From Hydrolagus colliei (lineage: Eukaryota), in contig JAYJKW010000100.1 of the NCBI GenBank assembly GCA_035084275.1, forward strand, positions 1,302,001-1,366,000: a DNA stretch of 64,000 bases, written 5' to 3'. Positions within the stretch are counted from its first letter, which is position 1; every line of letters begins with the position of its first letter. Shown here piece by piece: positions 1 to 12,437 of the stretch. The notes beneath the pieces were generated by a model. The model was not told where the DNA came from and made no database searches. It saw only the letters and a program-made list of their open reading frames with translations. The position numbers and the translations under genes were made by a program.

Positions 1-3000
1 CAGCAACGGTTTATATATTCTATGTAGAATTTTTTTTACTTTAAAAAAATAAAATTATCTTATTTCCACAGACATAGGGCAGCTGTGGAGAATACCCTGT
101 GTTGTTAATTGTAATATTTGGAACCAGTTTCTAGCAGATGGTTTAACGTCAGATTTCTATTAAGAGGAAGTCGATCTAAAGTATTGTCAGAAAATGCAGG
201 TGTTTCATGTAGATAGGAAACTGACTCATTTTTGGATAATCGCATGACCAGAGGCAATGATTTCTTGTAAATGTTGTATGAGCCACAGTGACCTGGGGCA
301 GCTGGATTCAGTACAGTGTTCATCAAAGCTAAGTTATGTTTCCAAATCATTAATTTAGATACATAAAGCTGGCTATGTTTGTGTCTTAGTTTGGCTATCG
401 ATAAGGATTATAGCGTGGTCGGGCGGTGCTGATTGTTGTGTGTACCTCAGTGAAGGTGAATTTACCTAGTTTAAGTGTCCAGGTTGAATGAATGGAAACG
501 ATACTTGGAACTTAATCAATACTATGTGTCAGCCTAAATCATCCAAGTGGGTCATTTTGCCTTCCAAGCATTGTCACTGACAAACCAGCCAGGTTGCCTG
601 CCTCAATGGCAGGACTGGAGTGGCAAACTGATTACCGAAGCCAGTGGAGAATCATGCACTTCTGGTCTTAGTATCTCTACAGGCCAAAGCACTTATATAC
701 ACTATAGTCTAACTTGTCAAATTCTTCGTCAAACAGCTTTTATATATATGTGGTTAACACACACATACAAACACACACACACATACACATACGCACAGAT
801 TCACACTAGGAACCCACAGATGTGAATAAACATATCATAATATGTAATAACCTCCTATGTATATATCCCATTTTATTTTTTGTTTCTGCTAAAATATCAC
901 TCCTCTGAATGAAGGAGCCTCGCTCTTCTCTGTACATTCTCTTCTTCAGGCCCAGTATTCTGGATACTCACTGGTGCATCCCTAACAATATTTAATGACC
1001 CCAATGATGATTTCTGAGCATTTCAGCGGTAATTGATTCAGCGTGTTGTTAGTTTTCTCAGTGGCCATATCATCGAATTGTCTGTGCTGCTGTGGGATTG
1101 AGGAAATTAACATCCTTCCAACATTGCAGATTTCCTAACTTCCTAGAGTGCACTAAACGCTGCAAATATATTTGGACTTGTACACAGAAGACCTGAATGC
1201 AAACTTCGGTAAATTATCAAAGAATTTTATTGTACAGGTGGATATGCCAGGATATGGGAATGATCGATGGGAACATTTCCACATCAACAGAGATATACTC
1301 TGCTAATGAAACATGTTGACAGATACTGAAAGTTTCAAAACATGCAAGTTTAAAATAAAATCAGTTTACATTCAGTAATCAGTTAGCTCTAGTTCCAAAA
1401 ACGCTTATGCAAAACTGACTTAGAATTTGTGACACTGTTTAACAAATTCCAAGTTCTTAATTGCGAAGTTTTTCCACATAAATTATCAAAGCAAGAAAAA
1501 GTAAGATTTCTTCTTTCTAGTGATCATTCTCAGTGAAGTTAAGCGAAGGAGGCATATGGAGGGATGTGCAGTCACAAAACATTGCCTGCAATTGAAATTC
1601 AAAACAAGTCTGCGGAATCACTGTTTGAGTGGAGATGGTAGATGCACAAATTGACGATTTCTTGAATAACACATGGGTAGGTTTATTTTCCACAACAATA
1701 TGTTTAGAAACAATACCTAATTTGAGATAACGTATGTATATGTGACTGTGAGGATGATAGAAATCTGACTGGCTCGGCACTGGTCATTTTTTCTCTCAAT
1801 GCTTTAGTTCTGACTGTGCTATTATAGTGGACTCCTGATACACTTAATGCAACACTAAGTGATATTAATAAAATTATTACACGTGGAAAACTGTTCTGTT
1901 TGCAAAATGCTTAATATTTTGCGTCCTTCCTATTGCTCAATATATACCTATTGGGTGTTAACAGATGGGAACTAGGCTGAAGTTATCTATTGTGCAGAAG
2001 TCACTGGACTCTGTGGAAGCTGGAGAGACACTAACACAGAGTGCAACCTGGAAGAGAGAGCTCCCAGAGAAATTCAATGACCACTGAGTACATAACAAAT
2101 GTTGACACCAGAGACAATATAAAATCACGATAGTAATCTTTAGAAGGGGACGTTCTGTATCACTAGTGATGCGAGTTGGGCTAAGGGAGCCAGATCAATT
2201 TTACATGTAGGGAATTTAAGGCCACATTTCTATTTTTGTTTCAGTCTGGGCGTTTCATGATGTTATGAAAGAATGATAATAATAATTGCATTTGCTTTAA
2301 GGTGTATCAAGTCAGCAGTATGTCCCATCGTTTCACTGTTTAATGTGTGAATAGGTGTCTGGGCCACAGCAGGATTTGGGCTTGATGGTCTGCCATTGTG
2401 GTGCTGCCAATCAATGTGTGCAGCTCAGCACAGGCAGGAGAAGTTGTGAGTGTGTACAACAAATGACACACTCACATTGTTCTGTAAATACTGTAACAGA
2501 GAGCTGCGTGTTACTCTATTAGAACAGCCGTGCATCTGAAGCAGTAACTGGGTGTGGAGATGATCACTGGGGGAATGGAAGCAGGTGCCGGTTAAAGAAG
2601 TGGAGGAGCTACAGAAGCGGAAATGTTGCTGCACATTAGTAATCTCAGCAAAACCCGAGGTGAAGGTGGACGGTTCACTCAACAGCTTTTGAATAGCGCT
2701 AAGTTTTCAGGGAATCTGAATAATTTGGTGAGCAGGAGAAAAGGCACAATTGACACAATAATGTAAAGAAAGGCTTGATATTTTGCACCGCGTTTATTAT
2801 TTCGTATTGATGCAGTGGACAGTATTTTCAGACGTTATGAATCAGGAGAAGCTAAACAAAAATACGAAGCTTCTGATTAAAATCAAAGAAAAATCCACAA
2901 CAGCCAATTTATTTCTTCAGCATTACACCACTCAAATATTGAACAGTAAACACAAAATATAAAAAAATTTCATTACTGCCACAAGTCACATTATAAAGTA

Positions 3001-3154
3001 AGGATTATTAAAACAAGAAGAGTCATTATAATTGTTGTATTTGCACAATTCAAAGGTTAATTCCAGCGAGGATAGACATCATATTTTCGTTCGCCATATA
3101 TTGTTCCTCAACATCAGCAGATGAGGCACCTGGGTGCAGCTGATATTCCGAAAT

Positions 3155-3163
3155 TCATTTTAC
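3155..3163 (-). CDS. ighm: IgH membrane exon TM2 (V-K-stop)
   Basis: Minus strand reads ttttacag|GTA AAA TGA. Phase-0 acceptor matches the phase-0 end of TM1; VK-stop is the classical mu cytoplasmic end. AATAAA on the minus strand at 2908-2913 and 2793-2798. Confidence 0.85.
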   Translation of the reverse strand, partial: VK

Positions 3164-3850
3164 CTGTAAAATATTAGTAGATATATAATTTAAAGGTTCT
3201 GCTTGGGTCAGCAGTTATTGATGACGGTTGCGTTTATTGATATATTGTTTATAATATACACGCAGATATATATACACACATGCATACAAACACACACACC
3301 ACACACACATGCAGACAGAAATAGAAACACAGTCAGAGACACAAACAGACACAGACACACACACACACACAGACAGAAATACAAACACACAGACAGACAT
3401 ACACAGACACACACACAAACTGAAACGATTCTGTGTGAATTGATTTTTGTCTGCTGGTGACTGACGCAAGTCGCACTTTGCCATGTTTTGCATACAAGCA
3501 CACACACCACAGATATATGCGGACAGAAAAACAAAACACACATCTTAAAGCCAGGCTTTAAAGCTTCCACTAGATATTCATAGAACTATATGTTCTGCAA
3601 ATTACCGTTGGATTTGGCCTCTATCCATAACCAGTGGGCATATATCAGCAGTGATTATTGGTATGTAAGGGTAATCGGATATTTTCATCTCCAACACAGA
3701 GTGTGGACACAATGATCCAGCCTTGTACAGACATGGGGATTAACCCAGCAGAGTGGATGCAATGAGCATCACTATCACTACTCTCATGAAGCAAGTATTT
3801 ACAGCATTTGTTAGATCAAATAATGGCGTCAATGAATTTAATATCCTCAC

Positions 3851-3981
3851 CTTAATTAGAGTGACGGTGGCGCTGTAGACTATACTCAGGAAGAAGAGGA
3901 TGATGAATGTGGAAGCAGCAGGCCAGAGGTTCTCACTTTCATCTTGTTGAAAACTTTCCACTATCAACTCGGTTGAGAAAT
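3851..3981 (-). CDS. ighm: IgH transmembrane exon TM1
   Basis: ctcccag|at acceptor and aag|gtgagg donor. Encodes DFSTELIVESFQQDESENLWPAASTFIILFFLSIVYSATVTLIK, with an acidic spacer and the CART motif (T-F-x-x-LF-x-LS-x-x-YS-x-x-VT). Confidence 0.95.
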
Positions 3982-6113
3982 CTGGGAGGTTAACAAAGAA
4001 GAAAATATTCAGATGGAACACAAACTTGAGTTTATTGTTATTTTTACTCTTTCTTTATTAATGATTATACGGTTTCCAATTGCGCTCCCTCACATTGAAC
4101 CACATGGGCCCAAAGATATGTGCACACTTATCGACTCACACAGCACCATTTATGTGCATCCTGCCAATTAATACAAGCATTAGCATTTCAGAGAAATTAA
4201 GGAGAAATGGTTAATAATGTTTGTCCATATCAATTATATAATCCATGAAATATATTTGGGGTCACTTTGGGAAACTTTAATTTGTAGAATACCAGAAGGA
4301 TGAATATCCTCACATTGAGACTTTGCTGGTAGAAAATGGAAGAACTATGGCAATCCTCCAATTTCACCTTTCCAACTGTTTTCTTGTCACTAACCAAATA
4401 CCATTTCAGATTGCGTCACTTTGTTATTGGGTTGAATAAACATATATTCCAAAAGATCTCTGTACAAAACACCAGCTCTAACTTTGTACGTTGCGTTTAT
4501 TTTCCTGGGTGTCAGAGTTTCAAAATCTATCCTGCATTTTAACAGGTTTTATTCGATACTCTCCTCATTTTTTCTTTTACCTTCACTTTTTACGAGAAAA
4601 ACTACAATGATTGAAGTTGTTCCGCATCGCTATAATGCCAATCACAGGCATCATTTTCATGCTCTGTGTGAAATAGTCCTAAACCTACAGTGTAGGAGTG
4701 TGGAGAAGCCTGTGTTTAAGTGACTCTCTTGCTGTACCCTCTTTGTATAATAAAGTGTATGGAGCACCACACCGTACTCCAACCACATCCCTAATAACGC
4801 TATTTCAATTAACTGCGCGAAAAGCGCGATATCATTTTAATTTTCCAAATCTTCCCCATTGCACTGAAACAATATGAATCCTTTGGAGAACATACTTCCA
4901 AAATATACTTGAAATAAGCAGTTGTTTCAATATTCGACTGCATTTCTAAATTTCTACCAACAAAGCTAACGGTCTGATATTACGAAATGTGCCCACTTCA
5001 TTCCTCATTGTGAACCTTACCCCTGTTACATCCAGAACAATGTGTTTACAAGTGGTACCATGGTTAGTTAAAAATCGTTAATATTGTTTCAATGTTAGTG
5101 CTGTGTGTGAGTTTGATTGTGTATTTTTTTGCTGATATGTCTGGATGGGCCTTGGTCTGGGCGTTTGTGAACATTTTGGGTGCGGGCTGTGTGCTTGTGC
5201 TGATGTATAGGTGACTGTGTGTGCCTTTGCGCCCAGAAGGATGCAATGTTTGTGTGGGTCCGTTTGAGATGTGAGATTGTGTGGGCCTGGGTGTGTGATT
5301 GCGTATGAGCATTTATGCTTGGGTATGTGAGAATGGGGGTCAGGTGTGTGCCTGAGGTGGGTGTGATTATGTGTGAGTGTGTGTACACCTAATGTGTGTG
5401 AGTGGGTGTGATTCGGTAAATATGTGCTTGAGTGTGTGGGAGCGAATTGGCCTGGATTGACGTGAATGTGTGAGTGTGTGTGGTTCCAGTTAGATTTGAG
5501 GGTATTAAGCTATGTGTAAGCCTGGGTTGGTGAAAGTTTGAGTGAATGTGCTTAGATGAGTGTCTGGTTGGCAGTGAGTTTGTGTCGGTGTGTGGAGTGG
5601 GTGAGCATGGCCCTCACTGCATTTGAGTTTGGACGATTCTCTTTGTTTATGAAGTACAAGTCTGGGGAAGTCTATGTTGAAGTGAATATCTTCCTGTACC
5701 CAGATCTGCTTGTGTGGAAGAATCTGCAATTTTACATGAATTCAAGCAGTATAGCCCATAAATATTGTTATGTGTGGAACAATCATTGTGAATGATAAAG
5801 AAAATATCATGGAAGGGAACGTGCGCAGAGGTCCCACCCAATTCCAAAACAAGCTGCAAATCAACCCAAACTGAGTTGGCATTGTCGCAAGTGATGTGGA
5901 ATAATTTGTGTGTTTTGAATTAACGTTTTGGAGGTTAATTGATACGTGTCAAAACCCATCCTCATGCATGCTCATACCAAACTGACATTGCTACCAGCTT
6001 CATAATAACATTGCATCAAAGATAATATGTATTAATCCTCACTCTGGAAATCATCTGCATCATTAATTTTAAATCATCCCCTCCGTACGTGACTCAGTAA
6101 TGCAACAATGATC

Positions 6114-6119
6114 TTTATT
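6114..6119 (-). terminator. Polyadenylation signal for the secreted heavy-chain mRNA
   Basis: AATAAA on the minus strand about 90 nt after the secretory stop codon at 6208. Confidence 0.6.
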
Positions 6120-6207
6120 TAAATTACCTTTCATGAAACCAAACTGACAATGAAATGGTGTGGAGACAGGTGCACACAGCAATATGCATAATTGTATTGG
6201 TAGATGC

Positions 6208-6599
6208 TTATTGACATGCATTCACAGTGTCCATCAGGACAAGGGAAATGTTTACAAAACTTGGTTTACCGCTGGATTTGTTAACGGTTCTGGTCAAGGT
6301 CTTCAGTGCGAAGGTTTCATGTCCGACAATACAGGAGTATGAGAAGCCTCTACCCCACTCTCCAGCTGAGATGGTCAACATGCTGTACATGGAGTAGTTG
6401 CGATCTGCGCTATCTGCCATCAACTCAGTGTTCTTGTAGTTGCTGACATCTATCTCCTTGTCATCAACAGTCCATTGCACAAAGATCTCTTTGGGAGCGA
6501 AGTCCTTCACCAGGCAGGTGAGGGTGACAGACTGCTGAGCAGTCAATTCTGCTGCCGAGGGGAGGAGGATGTACACTGATGGTTGTTTTGTGTGGTCAA
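6208..6599 (-). CDS. ighm: Cmu4 exon plus secretory tailpiece
   Basis: cccacag|tt acceptor. C1-set motifs TLTCLVKDF, VQW, YSCIVGHE. Tail GKPSFVNISLVLMDTVNACQ* has an N-x-S sequon and a penultimate Cys. Internal donor G|gtaaac at 6270/6269 for TM splicing. Confidence 0.96.
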
Positions 6600-7034
6600 C
6601 TGTGGGACAAACACAATCAAATCAATACATTAACGTAATCAATCAAATAATACGTTCATGCGCAACATGCAGTTGAACAAATTGAGAATGTCTGTGTTCA
6701 GTGGTGTTTTCTGAAATTTCCTCATATAACTTTATTAGGTCCACCCAGAGAAAACTGGTTTAGGTGTTTCCAACTAAACTCATTGAGAACATTTCTCACA
6801 TTCTCCAAGAAAAATAATTTATTTATTTATTGTGGATATTATTCACTGAATAATAAGGTATTAAACTACTTATCAACTTATATAAAGATAGGTTTTCTGG
6901 CCTCTTTGATAGGCAACAAATCCACAGATAGATGGAAAGACAATACAGTCCAGAGACAGTTACTAATTGTTTTCACGATTATTTCCATTGTCTACATTCT
7001 AAAACCACGTATTTCCCCAAATCTAGCTCCATAC

Positions 7035-7343
7035 CTGTCCTCTGAAATATCTTTTCTCTGACAGGAGTTGGCATATCTTCGTGGCTGGCAACGCAGAAGA
7101 ACTCCTTCCCACTCTTCCAGTCTTCTGTAGAAACGTTTAATTCACTCATCACTTCATGACGCTCAGTGACAGATGGTTTCCCATATCCAGATAGTTGTTT
7201 CTCTCCTTGTGTCCAAGACACGTTGACATCAAGTGGTGCATTATCCACTACACAGGTCAGTGTTACAGAGGATTCCATCAACACCTGTTTTGGTGAAAGT
7301 GGAAGGAAATAGATCTTGACATTCCCAGTGGGATCCTCACAGT
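7035..7343 (-). CDS. ighm: Cmu3 exon
   Basis: ttttctag|ac acceptor and cag|gtatgg donor; 309 nt, phase 1/1. DCEDPTGNVKIYFLPLSPKQVLMESSVTLTCVV...VNVSW...EFFCVASHEDMPTP resembles shark Cmu3. Confidence 0.93.
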
Positions 7344-7676
7344 CTAGAAAAGGAAAAGAAAGTTTATTCACAAATATCAGCCAATAGGCATGTTTCGTAT
7401 TCGTTCAGGCTGATCAATAGTGTACACACACATTATCAGCTTCTGGATGAGATAAATACAGACTGTTGTTTACCAACGCAAGGATCGTTTGGTGTTGGAA
7501 TAATGTACTGGAAAAGACATGGTTATGGTTAGTCCTGACCCTATCCCTAGCGAATCTCAGAAGCCCTGCATGTTAATTGGCCGATTGATATCGCATATCC
7601 ATCGTCTGATAATGAACAAGTATTAAGCAAATACGTTCGATGAGTAGTACCTCAGCAGTGTGTGTCATCTGCATAC

Positions 7677-7781
7677 CTTCTTGGATTACACAAATAGTCT
7701 GTTTGTTTTCAGAGAGTTCAGTGAAACTGGAGATTGGGGAAATGTGTGGAATGTGAGAATTGCATCGTCGGTCACATGGAC
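7677..7781 (-). CDS. Putative Cys-rich hinge-like mini-exon between Cmu2B and Cmu3
   Basis: ctctcacag|gt acceptor and gaag|gtatgc donor; 105 nt, phase 1/1, stop-free: GPCDRRCNSHIPHISPISSFTELSENKQTICVIQE. No transcript evidence is available. Confidence 0.5.
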
Positions 7782-8067
7782 CTGTGAGAGGTATGATATG
7801 TGCCCTTGAGAAGCAGATCAGTAAATGACCGACATAGTGTGTCTGCTTGGCCACCCGCTGATACGTGAAGAGGATCAGGGCCTGATTTCCTCATGTTGTG
7901 CAGGTCAACAAAACACTGGATCAATGCTCACATGTGCAATGTCCTCAGTGAAATAACAAAAGGGGGTGAAATGAAATGAGCTATTTGATCTCATAGGAGT
8001 GGATAATGGGAAGCATTACCAGAAGCACATTGTTGCCATGATTCTCAACTGGTTCTTTGCTTCATAC

Positions 8068-8397
8068 CTGAGGACTTGGTGATGTTCTTGACAATGTATG
8101 TCTGTGTTGGGCTATGGGAAACCTGGCAAGTGTAAACCGAGCCACTCCTCCACTCTCTGGCGAGGACAGTCAGCCGGCTGCTGGTGGTGAATGTCCCATT
8201 GTCTTCTTTAACGGAGGGAGAGGTCTCAACCCCCGAGGTGATGGGCTCCCAGTCCTTCAACCACTTAACTGTCAGTTCATCTGGACGGAAGCCAGATATC
8301 AAACAGACAGCAATGCCTGGTTTGTGGATTGCAATATCTTCAGGAGATGGCTGAGTGAGGATAACAACTGGGGGCGATGGCTCCTGAATTTCATCAA
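8068..8397 (-). CDS. ighm: Cmu2-like exon B (second constant domain)
   Basis: catttcag|tt acceptor and cag|gtatga donor; 330 nt. Contains SGVETSPSVKEDNGTFTTSSRLTVLAREW and YTCQVSH, the motifs of shark Cmu2; only the two intradomain Cys. Confidence 0.93.
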
Positions 8398-8959
8398 CTG
8401 AAATGCATGAAATAATAGGTTATGTTTTGTGCAGTTCTCATTAATATTGAAGCAAACGTTGATTTCAGCCCGAGTGTGGACACCTCTCTGTTAGAGCTTT
8501 ACATATTTGTATCTTCCCTGCAAAGATAGTCTTATCATTCTCACCTTACAAAATTCTAATCTCCTCAATCTATTCATCTGACTTAGTGAACTAAATGTTA
8601 AAGTGGGCCTGGAATTGAAAACTCTTCTGCTCTCCTTTACCCGATTCCTACCACTGAACATTCCTTACATCTTGCACTCCAAAGCTATGTAGCTCCCCTT
8701 CTCTATGTCCCACCTTCTCACTGTCTAGTTTCTGTTGTTTCTGTGTCGTGTCACATTATTCATCTAACTTCCCCAGTCCATCTCAACTTCGTAGAGTACT
8801 TTGTATCCCGTTCATATATGCCCTTCATTTGCGGATAAAGCAGCATTCGAGAAATTAGTGTAATTTGGGAATTACAGATTCTCTGTGATGGGATTTCATT
8901 TAATCCAGTGAAGAAAAGTGACATACTCACATCTGCAATAGAGAATTCTACAATCCAGA

Positions 8960-9340
8960 CTAATGATAATAATATTCCTTATATAGCTACATAAAATTTA
9001 ATGTTTTTGAGGCGTCTAAAAGTGCTTACCAGAATAGACCAGGAAACAAAATTCGATGTACATTTTATTCGCAAAATGTGGCGGCCAAGGGCTCACAGCA
9101 GTGTCCCATGAATTTGGTGCATTGAAGTCATTGATTTTTATTTGAATAATAATTAGCTCCCAGAAATGCGATACACCAATGGACTGACCACAGGTTTCAT
9201 ACTTTCTTCCAGGTGTTCAGATATATGTGTAGTAACTAAACTAGCCCAATCTTTTGTCCTGCCTGGGAATCAAGCCAAAAATTCTAGTTTGAGATGTGAA
9301 TGCTCTAACCACTGATCTCCAGGACTCCACATGTAAGCAA
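8960..9340 (-). mobile_element. tRNA-derived DeuSINE-type element in the Cmu2A-Cmu2B intron
   Basis: Reverse-complement tRNA-like head (~9260-9330), degenerate core (cacagcagtgtccca) and tail similar to the copy at 25706-26048. Boundaries approximate. Confidence 0.6.
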
Positions 9341-9399
9341 TACAGGAAACTCAGAGCCACAACATTGCCACATGCATCAGCTGGCGCTGCGCCCCCTAC

Positions 9400-9729
9400 C
9401 TGTGGGCATGGTGATGCTCTTGACAATGGTGGTGTCGGTGGGACTGTGGGACACCTGGCATATGTAAACCCCGCCATTCCTCCATTCTCTGGCGGGGACA
9501 GTCAGCCGGCTACTGATGCTGAATGTCCCATTGTCTTCTTTAACCGAGGGAGAGGTCACCACACCTGAGGGCACGGGCTGCCAGTCCTTAAACCACTTAA
9601 CACTCAGTTTGTCGGGTTCGAAGCTGAATATTAAGCAAACAGCAGTGGCCGGTCTGAGCATTGCGATGTCTTCAGGGGAAGGCGGCAGGAGAATAACTCC
9701 TGGGGGTGATGGTTTCGGTTTTACAATAT
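9400..9729 (-). CDS. ighm: Cmu2-like exon A (first constant domain, in the CH1 position)
   Basis: tttcctgcag|at acceptor and cag|gtaggg donor; 330 nt, phase 1 matching the J donor. DIVKPKPSPPGVILLPPSPEDIAMLRPATAVCLIF...VKW...SGVVTSPSVKEDNGTFSISSRLTVPAREW...YICQVSH. Confidence 0.93.
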
Positions 9730-11227
9730 CTGCAGGAAATTAAACAACAGTTTACTTTTTGTTCCATTGAAATACATTCTGTTGTGCGATACGTATTAAT
9801 ATTGAAAGGCCAGCCATGATGTGGAAATTTCTCTCTCATCGGCATACTTTTTTTCAATCTTCCCTATGAAAGAAAGCCTTTAGAAACATGAACAATGCGA
9901 TCTCCTCAATCAATTTACCTGATGTGTTGAACTAAACTCTATAGAGTGCTTGTATTTGAGAACTCTTCTATTCTCCCTGCCCACAAACATCTCATTGGGC
10001 ATTCCTCAATGATTGATCTTTAAAGCCAGTTCAGTGTCATTCTGTGAGTCCTGCTTCCCTTCTGTCTGGTGAGTGTTGTGTCTGTTTCTTTTCAAACTAC
10101 TTGCATATCTATCCCACTCCAACTGAACAGGGTCAGGTTCTTCCTACCATGTCTATATCTGACCATTAGCTCCAGAAATAGAGGTATATATATATATATA
10201 TGTTTGTGTATGGGTGTGCATTAGTGCGTGTGTAAGTGCATACAATTACTACTAACTATAGAGATTTTCAACCGAGGCTGTGGCTGCTTGGAGTTGGAAT
10301 TCAACGATCCAATGATGCTAAACAAAAATGGAAGTCTCTCTCTCTCTCAATCTCTATCACTCTCTCTCGTCATACTAGTTAATAATCCCCCCAAATAATC
10401 TTTCTCAATCACTCTACCCTTGTTTGTGGGACAGTGGTCTGTGCAACAGGCTTTTGTGCCTTGCTCACAAAATACAGACAATCCACTTTGCATTATGTCC
10501 TGCGTTTTACCTCCAGGATAGGCATTGCATCTAATGCAATAATTACAGAATGAAGTACGTGCACATGACAGCGTGCGTAACTGCACCCAATGACAAAAAT
10601 AGACTTCATTTATTGGTATTATTCATCATAGTTTGTATGGATGCAGCTGTAACTTTTTTGTTGTGAGTTCGCGTGGTGGTCAGGGGGAGGTAGAGGGGGG
10701 GGGGGGGGGGGGGGGCAGGAGGTAAATTGCGTCCAAGGTGTTACATTTGGCATTTTACATTTAAATATACTTTAAATTTAAGCTCCCAATAATGTAGTTT
10801 CAGTTTTGAATACCTGTGTGAAAGAGAAACTTCTGAGCAACACTGCAAAGCCTCATCACCCTGCTTGCTTGTCTATGTACTGCTTGATCTCACACTCAGT
10901 TCTCTGAGATGGAGTGTAAATTCCTCTCAATCCTGTGTCACATTTCAGCTGTCAATCAGTGATAGAAAGGCAGCGATGACTGCCAGTGTCTGTCTGTGAA
11001 CCTGGAGTCAGTGACGCTGAATCGACAGAGAAGCAGCTCAAAGCCACCAGTTGTTAGACTGTGTTTCTATATTTACATTGTGATCATAAATCTGACTCTG
11101 ACCAATAAGTTTTCAGAATTCAAAATCACACCACATTTTGAATTGCCGCTAAAATTCAAATTCAGCTTCAATTTTAAAAACGTCTAATTAATTTGTTAAT
11201 GTAAATTGATGTCAAGTGTACTCAGAG

Positions 11228-12437
11228 ATGCAAATATTTTTACACCAAAATTTAAAACATGAGCAACACTGGCTTTGGCGTTTGCAAAATCAATTGACCA
11301 TCTTCAGACTGTTGACTGAATTACCAGTCAATTTCGACCAGACTCCTGCTGTGTGGTGTTAAAATAGTTCATCAATTATTTACAGTGATAATAAATTGGG
11401 CGTTTGATTTAGATCCTTATTGTGTCTTCGAGAGATCTCAAAGCGCTTCATGGAATATACTGCGAAGTTAACTGGCAGCTCGTTTTGGGAAGAAAAATAT
11501 CTGTCTGACTGTTGACTAAGATTGGTCCATATTAGCTCTTTTAAATAATCAAGATTCCATGTAATGGTTTTCCGTGTTTTACATGAGAAATGAAGGACAG
11601 TCATCAGTGTTGTGCCAGGGACTAGCCTCTCACAGGGAATCCTGTCTGACTGTGAGGGTGATTAGCGCAACCTGAAGCAGCTGCTGGCACAGCGATAAAT
11701 GGAGGCACAAAAATGTTCCAACACATTTACGTGTATTTTTGTCACACACCCGCTCCGAAATGGTTAAATAACGGCAGAGGCAGAGGGTAAATAGCGATCG
11801 ATGGCAGAGACGCTGCCTTGATTGACGAGCAAAGCACTTTCACACATGGGAACATGATAAAATAATAGTAATTAACAGCGATTGATGTAGTTCCATACCA
11901 CGCGTTTGAGCGGCCTCAAACAGTTTAATATGACATACTGTAAACTGAAATGTCTGTGTGATATTTGGGCGAATTTCGACAGCCCATTTCAAACAGCATT
12001 GCCCAACAAACAGCTATCGGTTGAATCAACAATTAGTACTTTTATCCTTATTATTATTGAGGGAATATTACCACCAAGAAAGAGGTTTGCTGATTAACCA
12101 TCCAGCAAGTTCCTGCCTACTGCTAGGTAAACAGATGTGTGTGTGTGTGTGTGTGTGTGGAGCACGGAAAACTGCCTAATGTTTCTTCATGGCTGAGAAT
12201 CAAACCTGTTTGTTCCCGCTTCACCGCTGGGCTACAGGAATCACAGAATTTACATAACTATTGTTTGCTTCACAGTCTGTATAAAGCTGAATTGTGGTAG
12301 ATTTCTGAGTTAGTATTTAGATATCCTGTTTTCATGTTGCAGCCATGTCCCCCAGGCTGACACTCAGAGGCAGGTGCTACAAACACTGAACAACAAGCGT
12401 CGCTGGCGTTTGTGCAGCTGTTTCCTGCCCTTGCGGT
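11228..12437. promoter_or_regulatory. Candidate intronic (Emu-like) enhancer motifs in the J-C intron
   Basis: Perfect octamer ATGCAAAT at 11228-11235. Cluster of CAGGTG (12371), CAGCTG (12415), TTCCTG (12422) and TGCGGT (12432). Motif matches only. Confidence 0.3.

Noticed and set aside
285-330. Isolated CACAGTG heptamers (also ~28658 and 36003)
   Set aside because: No nonamer at 12- or 23-bp spacing and no adjacent gene segment.
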